A stretch of DNA of 33,813 bases from a virus (Duplodnaviria; Caudoviricetes), in the IMG/VR virus record IMGVR_UViG_3300042363_000358, positions 1 through 33,813 of that record. One strand, given 5' to 3'. Of the stretch, positions 15,260 through 22,750 are shown one piece after another. Below the pieces are notes generated by a model that did not search any database, had not been told where the DNA came from, and was given only the letters and a program-made list of their open reading frames with translations. The translations under genes were made by a program, and so were the position numbers. Within the stretch, counting starts at the first letter, position 1. Each line of letters opens with the position of its first letter.

Positions 15260-17418
15260 GGGATCGAGCATCCAAGTTCCTTGTAGCACTTGACCCGTTT
15301 CTTGGAGTGAGCCTGAGCCAGAGGATGGAAGGTGTCCTTGAAGTCGTGGATGATCGCAGTGTCCTTACCCGGTGCCCGCCGCAGCGCACGGCTGGCCCGC
15401 TGGATGGTTTTCTGTGCGCTCCGCCCTCCAGACACCATAATCAACGTCTGGACGTTAGGAAGGTCAAGCCCCTCATCGGCCAGCGAGGTGGCGATCATGG
15501 TTCGTATGTTCCCTGCCTTGAACTCTTCCATTGCTTCCCGGCGAGCCTTCTTAGGCATCTTGGAATGAACCAGTACCGATCCTTTGATCTCGTAGGCGTA
15601 CACCTCGCCAAGGCTTACCCGGGGGACAAGCACCAGGGTAGGTCCAGTTGCAGATGAGGCATTGGCCAACATAATGGCGACTCCGTTCCGGAGCTTGTTA
15701 CCACAGATACCGATCTCGGTGAGTGCTTCCCAAGCGCACATAGCCCGAAGGATGGGCTGACTCACTTGCATGTAGCGTTTGCGATCGGTGAACAGCCTCT
15801 CGATTTGATCATCGATTCTCTGCTGGAGATGTAGGTCAGTGGCGTCATTCATGAACACGGTGGCATGAGCGAGTACACCGGCCAGTTCATCACGACGGAT
15901 CTCGAACTGGGTATCGCGGAACATCTTACGAAGGATCTCGTTACGCTCGGGATCATCGGACCAAGGGGTGGCATCGAAGCCGAAGCGAAGTCCTTTGCAG
16001 GACTCGATAATCTTACGCCAGGTGGTTGCCGGCGCATGCTTGCAGTTGTGGACTAGGATTCCGTTGGCGAAGTAATTCTCATTTCCTTCAACCGAGAAAT
16101 TGTAGACATGATCTTCTCCGCGCATTGCTCGGCTCCAAGAAGGACTTCCTTGTTGGTGAACCTCAATACGCACCACCCGAGTGAATTGAGTGTTTCGGTT
16201 TTCTTTTTGTCCGCAGCCTTCCTGCTGATTGAACTGTGAGAAGACCCGTCTACTTCTATCGCCAGCTTCACTAAAGGCTCCGCAAGATCCACCTTGTAAC
16301 AGTTTGGAACCTTCGCGATTCCGCTTCCCGCTGTCGGTATCGCATACTCCATTAGAAGGTTGCACATGAATGAGAGCGTATGCTGACTTAATGTTGGTCC
16401 TGTTCCATTTCCCCCACGAACCTTCGGCTTGTGGTCGATCAGTTTGAGCGATTCCGAGATACGCTTCCTGGTCTGATCGGATACAGTCCTCGCTGACATC
16501 CATTTGGAAATCTTGTCGCCCATCCGTTTGTTCGTGGCCGACATTGTTTCCGAACTCATTTTTGAAACCATCAAGTCCCGACACTGAATCGAGCAGTAGG
16601 CTCGACCTCGTTTGAGTGCATCCAGACTCTTGTGAGCTGGAGTTCTTCCCATGCATGTGACCGGCGTCTTGCACCATGCACATTGAGTTTCCACGCGCTT
16701 TCTCTTCTCGAACCGAAGAACGGTTTTGCATTGCTCGCAAACCGGCTTTCGGGTTGTTGAGAAATGACCGTTTCTTTCGGTCGTAGATCCGCACTCTCTG
16801 CATTCCATGTTCATGCGTTGGAATGATGGCAACCACATCGTTTGATGTCAAGCTGGCGGCTGGAACGTAGTCGAACCCATTCCAGAATGGATGACCTGGG
16901 GTACAGGTGACTGGCCCGTTTTCAGTCCAAATTGTCACCATCGTGTCAGGAGCCGGTGTCTTGAAAACCTCAAGAACCCTCCGTTTTTCAATGGATTTAG
17001 AATCATGGTTATAGGAATCGACAAGGTCTCCAGCCTTGATTTGGCTGATTGGCTTGTCGCCAATTTGAACCCACGATGGAAAACACTCATCAACGATGAT
17101 CAGGTTCTTACGGGAGAAATCTACGGAGTCATGGGGGCAACGAACCTCGACCCGTGAAGTATCAACGCCCACTGCTATGAGCGAATCGATTGCCTGCTGA
17201 CAGGTCTCACGGGTGGGAGCAAGCCAACCAAAGGTCCACTCGGGCCATCGAGCAAAGTGCTTGATGATGGAGGAGGCGATGACGGTCTTGCCGCATCCAG
17301 CAGGAGCGATGATGAGTCCATCGGCTCCAGACTTAGCCCACTCGACGGCTCGTTGCTGGTAGGGACGAAGCAGAAATGCTTGCGTCGAATTGGTTTCGGG
17401 ATGATCTTTGGTCTGCAT
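15256..17418 (-). CDS. Superfamily 2 (DExH/ResIII-type) helicase containing an intein
   Basis: Q motif LRPYQ, Walker A APAGCGKT, LAPT, Walker B IIVDE|CKH split by the intein, DATP, EGLDLP, QRASRALR; about 373 aa after splicing if the start is 17418. Confidence 0.9.
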   Translation of the reverse strand: MQTKDHPETNSTQAFLLRPYQQRAVEWAKSGADGLIIAPAGCGKTVIASSIIKHFARWPEWTFGWLAPTRETCQQAIDSLIAVGVDTSRVEVRCPHDSVDFSRKNLIIVDECFPSWVQIGDKPISQIKAGDLVDSYNHDSKSIEKRRVLEVFKTPAPDTMVTIWTENGPVTCTPGHPFWNGFDYVPAASLTSNDVVAIIPTHEHGMQRVRIYDRKKRSFLNNPKAGLRAMQNRSSVREEKARGNSMCMVQDAGHMHGKNSSSQESGCTQTRSSLLLDSVSGLDGFKNEFGNNVGHEQTDGRQDFQMDVSEDCIRSDQEAYLGIAQTDRPQAEGSWGKWNRTNIKSAYALIHVQPSNGVCDTDSGKRNREGSKLLQGGSCGAFSEAGDRSRRVFSQFNQQEGCGQKENRNTQFTRVVRIEVHQQGSPSWSRAMRGEDHVYNFSVEGNENYFANGILVHNCKHAPATTWRKIIESCKGLRFGFDATPWSDDPERNEILRKMFRDTQFEIRRDELAGVLAHATVFMNDATDLHLQQRIDDQIERLFTDRKRYMQVSQPILRAMCAWEALTEIGICGNKLRNGVAIMLANASSATGPTLVLVPRVSLGEVYAYEIKGSVLVHSKMPKKARREAMEEFKAGNIRTMIATSLADEGLDLPNVQTLIMVSGGRSAQKTIQRASRALRRAPGKDTAIIHDFKDTFHPLAQAHSKKRVKCYKELGCSIP
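16053..16814 (-). CDS. Putative homing endonuclease (Zn fingers + NUMOD3-like + Vsr/DUF559-like) nested in the +1 frame of the intein
   Basis: CREC, CEQC, CAWC, YCSIQC; VSDQTRKRISESLK; YKVDLA...LAIEVDGSSH...LGWCVLRFTNKEV; ATG options 16838, 16814, 16808. Confidence 0.85.
   Translation of the reverse strand: MNMECRECGSTTERNGHFSTTRKPVCEQCKTVLRFEKRKRVETQCAWCKTPVTCMGRTPAHKSLDALKRGRAYCSIQCRDLMVSKMSSETMSATNKRMGDKISKWMSARTVSDQTRKRISESLKLIDHKPKVRGGNGTGPTLSQHTLSFMCNLLMEYAIPTAGSGIAKVPNCYKVDLAEPLVKLAIEVDGSSHSSISRKAADKKKTETLNSLGWCVLRFTNKEVLLGAEQCAEKIMSTISRLKEMRITSPTES
16823..16851 (-). promoter_or_regulatory. Putative intein-internal sigma70 promoter for the nested endonuclease
   Basis: TTGACA (16851-16846), 17-nt spacer ending TGc, CATCAT (16828-16823), 8 nt, ATG 16814. 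Confidence 0.6.
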
Positions 17419-17456
17419 AGCGTTCGTTGCGACTATGTTTGTTTGGGACTCGATCA

Positions 17457-17482
17457 CCCCCGGGAGCTGCACCTCCCGGGGG
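17457..17482. other. Perfect 10-bp GC-rich hairpin between the SSB-like gene and the helicase
   Basis: CCCCCGGGAG-ctgcac-CTCCCGGGGG; T-rich tail only on the plus strand. Confidence 0.7.
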
Positions 17483-17496
17483 CTTTCGTTTAGATA

Positions 17497-17916
17497 TTAG
17501 ATGGCGTCGAGATCAGCGGGCACTTTCTTCATGCGGCGCACTCGGAAGGTCGTCTGTTCGGCCCCGTGCTTGTCGGTGTACTTCTCCTCCTCGATCACGA
17601 TCACGAGGGACAAGCCAACGAATCCCTGCAAGAACCGTAGGAAAGCCCCTCCGATGCTAAAATCGAACTCATCTCCATCAGCGATGTTGGCTTCGGTGGC
17701 ACTGATGAGTGCCTGAAGCCGCCACATCATGGTGTCTTTCAGAACGAATCGATCGCTGATAACCTCACCCGCTGGCCCCTTGTACCGTAGGGTTGCGACG
17801 GCGTTGCCAGACTTGTCGAGTCCATCGTCCTTACAGGAGTTGACGGTGACGGTGTATTCGCCGGGAGCGGCGAACGGCTTAACTTCTGCGGATGCTCTAT
17901 CTACTTTGAATGTCAT
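17497..17916 (-). CDS. Putative ssDNA-binding protein (DUF669-like OB fold)
   Basis: PGEYTVTV...DKSGN...ISDRFVL...WRL; located in the recombination operon after RecE/RecT. Confidence 0.6.
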   Translation of the reverse strand: MTFKVDRASAEVKPFAAPGEYTVTVNSCKDDGLDKSGNAVATLRYKGPAGEVISDRFVLKDTMMWRLQALISATEANIADGDEFDFSIGGAFLRFLQGFVGLSLVIVIEEEKYTDKHGAEQTTFRVRRMKKVPADLDAI

Positions 17917-17942
17917 ATTATTGTGCGTTGGTTGATGTTTGT

Positions 17943-18719
17943 TTATTCGGACTGACGAGCCGCCCACGCGGGCAGCGAGAGTGTTTGGGTAGTGGAAGGG
18001 TAACAAGGCCAAGAGTTGAGTTCTTGGCATTCGATATAGGTGCGGAGCTGCTCGTCGATAATGGAGTTACCAAGATCGATGGCCTGCTGATCAAGCTCGT
18101 AGCAGCAGACTCCGTAGGGTGCTTCCTTCTCGACTGCGATGAAGATGAACCGGTTGATGCCGGTGATGCGCTGATACCAAGCGGCTTGAACGTGGTACCG
18201 AAACTGAGCGCAAGACTTGGCGAAGGCCGCGGGTGAGGCGTCCTGAGTGGTCTTGAGGTCGATGATGTAATCCTTACCGATCCCATCGAGACGGGCTTTG
18301 ACCTCGATACCGGACCACTCAGCGAAGTAGGACACCTCGGTCTTGATTCCATCCAGTAGGCCAGCGGCAGCGGGATGAGCGTGAACCGCATCGGCTGCTC
18401 CGGTGAGGTTGTACCATTGATCCGGAGGAAGCGGGATCTGTCCGTTGTCGATGATCAGTTGGTAGTCTTCCTTACCCTGCTTGGTGCGACGATCACCAGT
18501 GAACATCCTGTAGGTCAGGATAAAGCGTTCCGGCTCCAACACGGCGCAATGAGCGGCTGTACCGAACTCCAGCGCGGGGCTGGATTCGTTGCGAGTCTTG
18601 CCATCCTGCCAAGAGCGGAAGTGCGCGGGCGACTTACGGAACTGATCGAGACCAGACTTCGAGAGTGCCTTTGCCTCGTGGTAATCCGCGGCGGGCATGT
18701 CGTACATGATATCAACCAT
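17943..18719 (-). CDS. RecE/exonuclease VIII-like PD-(D/E)xK nuclease (DUF3799 type)
   Basis: DYH...LSKSGL, FGTAAHCAVLEP, KARLD, IIDLKTT, YHVQAAWY, FIFIAVEKEAPY. Confidence 0.88.
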   Translation of the reverse strand: MVDIMYDMPAADYHEAKALSKSGLDQFRKSPAHFRSWQDGKTRNESSPALEFGTAAHCAVLEPERFILTYRMFTGDRRTKQGKEDYQLIIDNGQIPLPPDQWYNLTGAADAVHAHPAAAGLLDGIKTEVSYFAEWSGIEVKARLDGIGKDYIIDLKTTQDASPAAFAKSCAQFRYHVQAAWYQRITGINRFIFIAVEKEAPYGVCCYELDQQAIDLGNSIIDEQLRTYIECQELNSWPCYPSTTQTLSLPAWAARQSE

Positions 18720-19497
18720 TGGAAACCTCCGTGGTGGCGATCTCAGGGGTGACGATGACGGCGAGCTTGGACAGGATGAGGTCCGGCTTGGAGATGTACT
18801 TGGAAGCGACTGCATCGGGGAGATCTCGGAAAGTCTGACCATCCTGAATGCGACCGGCCTTGAGAAGCAGAGCGTTGACCTCTTGCTCGCGGTCCTCGAA
18901 CAGGGCTTCGAGTTTGGCGGTGATGTCGAAGCTCTTGGTGGGAGCTACCGATACCTCGGTGAGAGCGGGGGTAAACTCCTCGGTCTCCTCCGGTGTGTAG
19001 ATGCCGGCCACAACCTCTGGGGCGAGCATGCGAACCGCTTTGGATATACAACGAGCGCGGAGCATTGCGGATGGATCCTTGGCCCATCCAGACCCCGGCT
19101 TGGCGGGCAATAAGCCGGCCATCTTAGCGTCCTCGGTGGTGAATGAGATCTCGCAAGCGTTGCCATCATAGGTCCACAGGGCGATGGCGGCGCGGGAGTC
19201 GAACTGCTTCCAGAGGATCTTACCTCCGCGGGCACGGTACCCGGCGAGCATGGCATCGGAGCGCATGCTCAAGGATCCGTTGATGATGTGATACTCACGT
19301 TTGAAGTCGAAGGGGGTCTTCTTCTCGGCGGCGCACTGCCACGCGATAAGCTTACCTTGTTCGACCTTGGTGCAGCCAAGCATTCCGCTGGCTGCGATCC
19401 ACTCGCCCATCTTCTCGATGGCTGAGATTGGATCCTGTATTTTGCTGTACATCTCGGAGTTATCCGAGGGTGTTGTCGTTGCGATTGAGTTGTTCAT
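18712..19497 (-). CDS. RecT/Red-beta-like single-strand annealing protein
   Basis: HIINGSLSM, FTTEDAKMAGL, WAKDPSAMLRARCISKAVR...P...GIYTPEE; adjacent to the RecE-like gene. Confidence 0.78.
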   Translation of the reverse strand: MNNSIATTTPSDNSEMYSKIQDPISAIEKMGEWIAASGMLGCTKVEQGKLIAWQCAAEKKTPFDFKREYHIINGSLSMRSDAMLAGYRARGGKILWKQFDSRAAIALWTYDGNACEISFTTEDAKMAGLLPAKPGSGWAKDPSAMLRARCISKAVRMLAPEVVAGIYTPEETEEFTPALTEVSVAPTKSFDITAKLEALFEDREQEVNALLLKAGRIQDGQTFRDLPDAVASKYISKPDLILSKLAVIVTPEIATTEVSNG

Positions 19498-19667
19498 TGT
19501 GGGTTTTGTCTGAGGAGTTCCTCGATTACATCGGAGCGGACACGGATGGTGCGCTTCGTCGCCTTCATGGCTGGAAGTTTTCCTGACCGGATCCACCGAC
19601 GCACCGTCTCGGGATGAGTCCCGAGAGCCGAGGCGATCTCTTGGACGGTTAGAAGTTTTACGCTCAC
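19494..19667 (-). CDS. Excisionase-type helix-turn-helix protein (HTH_17/MerR-like)
   Basis: LLTVQEIASALGTHPETVRRWIRSGKLPA...IRV. Confidence 0.82.
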   Translation of the reverse strand: MSVKLLTVQEIASALGTHPETVRRWIRSGKLPAMKATKRTIRVRSDVIEELLRQNPQ

Positions 19668-19674
19668 GCAAGCC

Positions 19675-19702
19675 AAAGTAGCAGCGTGTTGCAAACTGTC
19701 GA
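19675..19702 (-). promoter_or_regulatory. Putative promoter of the recombination/replication operon (leaderless)
   Basis: TCGACA, 16 nt ending TGc, TACTTT, 7 nt, GTG 19667. Confidence 0.5.
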
Positions 19703-19730
19703 GAGTTTTCTTTCGGAAAGTTTACTCGGG

Positions 19731-22700
19731 TTACTCTTCGGGGACCGATCCGCTGCTGGCGTAGGTGTTGAGAAGACCAAGTGCCGCTTCTCGATTTGGT
19801 GCCCTGTTTACGCGGTCAATCAAGGTCCGAAGCTCTGCGGCTGCGGCTGCCTTGTTCTTGAGTCCAGTGGCTCCTACGGTGCGGGCCATAACCTTGGATG
19901 CAAGAGCGGTTCCGCCAATATCCATCGCGGTAACCACAGCGGCAGTAAGAGCACTTTGACCGACGTTTTTTGTAGCCCCAAGCGCGGCGGCACCAGCCAT
20001 TGCACCCAAAGCAAAAGGGCCTTTCATGGTGGCCATTGCACCTCGCTCAACCAAAGCTCCTCCCGTTGTTTGCCCAGCACCACCAGCCATTTTTTGGCGT
20101 TCGGCAATGATATCCAGAGCGGGAATGAAATCGTTTTCGATTTTTGAAATGAGATTTGAACCAAGGATGTCTGTATAACGCTCTCTGGAAGACTTGTCTT
20201 TGAGCGTGTTTTTCACGCTTTCAAGGTCTAAAGACCGCGCTCCTTTACTTACCCCCTGTGGAGTTCTTCCAAACATGAGATCTTCGACAGCGGATGCGCG
20301 GGTGTTCACCAGAGCTTGGGATGCCTGTTTTCGAAGTTCAGGGGTGGATCCAGAGACCACTTGCTCCTGAAGCACGTTCATAATGGACTTGATGTCCTTG
20401 GAATCATCAAGCAGACCAAGGATTCGCTCGCTTATCTGGTACCCGGCAAGCGTGTCCGATTTGGCGAATTCACGGGCCTTTGCGGCAGTGCTTGCCTCCT
20501 CGCCCATGTTTGCGGCGATTCGATTGAGGCTGTCGATGTCTTGAATGGTTCCCAAACCAAGTGCCTTCAGTTTTGAAGGATCCTCAGATCCCATCACCGA
20601 AAGCTTGGTGAGCAGATTGCGATAATCAACGTCTCCAGCTTGATTCGTGCTTCGATTAACCAGACCTTTGACGACATCGAAGTTCTCAAGATCAGCGATG
20701 TCTCCAAACCCAAGCTTCTTCATTGAACCTGGAGAGGTTCTTTCGATTCCATTCAGATAACCGAGGAGTTTTTGGTTATCAATCCTACCGTTTTTCCCAA
20801 GAGACTTTGTGGCAATGTATTGCTGAACCAATGAGTTGATATCAGATCTACTTGGAATGCCTTCGACTCCAACTTCCTTTAGGTTATCTAATAGTTTGGT
20901 GATTCCTCGGTAGTCACTGGAACTAACGCCGGACTTAAGAACATCTGAACCAATCCTCTCCAGCATCTGCTCTGGTTTTCCCCTTATACCTTGAAACGCT
21001 GATTCAACATATGGATCCTCCCACAATCCTCTGACCTTCTTGTACTTGGCTTGAGTTTCTAGGAATTTTTGAGCGATCTCAGGCTTGAATACAGTCGTCG
21101 CCTGATCGTTCATCAATCCCGTGATCGATTTGGATAAGTCCTTGGCTTGAGCTTGGGCTTTGCTTCCGTATGCTCCTGTAGATGACGCCCAATTTTCTAA
21201 ATCGCTCCGAATGCCACGCAGTTCATCCAAAGAAAACTTCCCGGGAACGTCTCTGTATTGGGTAGTAAATCCATATTCAAAATCCCCTGTTGATCCAACT
21301 GGAACCTTTGAAACTTTGTTTAAGCGGCCAACAATCTCGTCCAAAACAGGAATGTTGAGCTTTGGAAGCGTGGAAGACAGCCCTCTTACTTTTTCAGAAA
21401 TACCTCCAAGATCAAACACCTCATCCTGAGTCGGAATGCCAGCGTATTCCTTTTTAAAGAAGTCGTCAGTTACCTGTTTTAATCCTAGCGGTTTTCCTTC
21501 TTCTTTTTGAGTGAGCAGTTGTTGAATCAGTAATCCTTTATCAGCCGTGTCAGCCGCACGAGGAACACCGGATGGAAAAGCAGATTCGGTTGCTCGTGTT
21601 TCAGCGGATGCAATTCGAGGTCCGAGTTTAGATTGGATTTCCCTTTCGGTCCTTACACCTAGTCCTTCAACAAACGTGTTGTACGCAGCTTCAGTGTCAG
21701 CAATTTGTTGTGCAGAATTGGCTGAGTACGCTTCCTGTTCCGCTTTTGAAAGCTGCTTGGCGTATGACTTCGCTTCCTCGACAGCACCGTTCAGTGCTTG
21801 CGTTGCACTTGAGAAATCCTTTGAGTTTCCAGTGATCTCTTGAACCTTGTTCAATCCAAGAAGATCAACAGCATCCTGATAAACACGTTTTACATCACTA
21901 GGTTGGCCAACTCCTTCGACACCACCAATGCGAAGTGCTGCCTGTTCAATCTCTTGAAGTTGAGCATCTTCCAGTTTACGAAGAGTTCCAGAGCTAATCT
22001 TTGATTGTGCCCTTTGAGCAAATGCTGCTGCTTCAGGCCATACATCTGAAAACAATGGAGTGATACCCGCCTTTTCAACTGTTTCCGCTTTCTTACCGAA
22101 TCTGGAAAGCACTTTAGAAACCTCCCCAGCAGTATCTCCTAAAAGTTGAGATCCACCAGTTATAGCTGTTGGAACAAGAGCTTCACGAACCGCACTTGGA
22201 AGATCTGTGACGCTTCCGCTAACGGCACCTCCTGCAACAGCTCCGGTTCCAGCAAGACCTGTATTTAACGCAAGATTTGCAGCTCTATATGCAGTTGCCG
22301 TTTCTGGGGCCGATTTTAAAAACGGAATATACTTTGAAAATGGAACACCCTTGAGAGTTGGAACAGAAGAGCTAACTCCTTCACCTAATATTTCACGAGG
22401 TCTAAATGGTTTATCCTCAGATACATTTTCAATAGCTTGCCTTGTTCCTGCACCTGCAAGTCCAGCCATTGCCCCAACTCCAGCTTGAACAAGCGGGCCA
22501 GCACCACCTGTTGCAATTCCTGCAATTATCGAAGGAGCATAGGTTGCATATTTTGCGGCAGTGGTTTCGGCAGACGAACTCATCGGCCCACCACCACCGC
22601 GCATTTCCCTAATCGACTGCATTCGTTCTTCGCGAGTAGCCTCTGGACTTGCAATCCGAGAAACCATCGCCTGCCTTTCTTTTCGGAGCAGCGCATCAAG

Positions 22701-22733
22701 TTCTTCCTGCTCAGCAGGTGTAATCTCATCCAT
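19731..22733 (-). CDS. Large internal virion/DNA ejection protein (1000 aa)
   Basis: Gly/Ala-rich hydrophobic segments at both ends, helical core; last gene of the virion operon, as in podoviruses. Confidence 0.65.
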   Translation of the reverse strand: MDEITPAEQEELDALLRKERQAMVSRIASPEATREERMQSIREMRGGGGPMSSSAETTAAKYATYAPSIIAGIATGGAGPLVQAGVGAMAGLAGAGTRQAIENVSEDKPFRPREILGEGVSSSVPTLKGVPFSKYIPFLKSAPETATAYRAANLALNTGLAGTGAVAGGAVSGSVTDLPSAVREALVPTAITGGSQLLGDTAGEVSKVLSRFGKKAETVEKAGITPLFSDVWPEAAAFAQRAQSKISSGTLRKLEDAQLQEIEQAALRIGGVEGVGQPSDVKRVYQDAVDLLGLNKVQEITGNSKDFSSATQALNGAVEEAKSYAKQLSKAEQEAYSANSAQQIADTEAAYNTFVEGLGVRTEREIQSKLGPRIASAETRATESAFPSGVPRAADTADKGLLIQQLLTQKEEGKPLGLKQVTDDFFKKEYAGIPTQDEVFDLGGISEKVRGLSSTLPKLNIPVLDEIVGRLNKVSKVPVGSTGDFEYGFTTQYRDVPGKFSLDELRGIRSDLENWASSTGAYGSKAQAQAKDLSKSITGLMNDQATTVFKPEIAQKFLETQAKYKKVRGLWEDPYVESAFQGIRGKPEQMLERIGSDVLKSGVSSSDYRGITKLLDNLKEVGVEGIPSRSDINSLVQQYIATKSLGKNGRIDNQKLLGYLNGIERTSPGSMKKLGFGDIADLENFDVVKGLVNRSTNQAGDVDYRNLLTKLSVMGSEDPSKLKALGLGTIQDIDSLNRIAANMGEEASTAAKAREFAKSDTLAGYQISERILGLLDDSKDIKSIMNVLQEQVVSGSTPELRKQASQALVNTRASAVEDLMFGRTPQGVSKGARSLDLESVKNTLKDKSSRERYTDILGSNLISKIENDFIPALDIIAERQKMAGGAGQTTGGALVERGAMATMKGPFALGAMAGAAALGATKNVGQSALTAAVVTAMDIGGTALASKVMARTVGATGLKNKAAAAAELRTLIDRVNRAPNREAALGLLNTYASSGSVPEE

Positions 22734-22750
22734 AGTTTTTGAAGTTAATG

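Larger units (their letters stand above)
16045..17085 (-). mobile_element. Intein (347 aa) in the helicase Walker B motif
   Basis: Block A CFPSWVQI, KPISQIKAGDLV, block B TCTPGHPF, block F VYNFSVEGNENYFANG, block G ILVHN followed by +1 Cys. Confidence 0.95.

Noticed and set aside
17918-18391. 157-aa alternative-frame ORF inside the RecE-like gene
   Set aside because: Same Ser-rich off-frame signature; no motif or start context
19494-19667. Excisionase-type HTH as proof of a temperate lifestyle
   Set aside because: No integrase, repressor or att site in the window; HTH_17 proteins are also plain regulators
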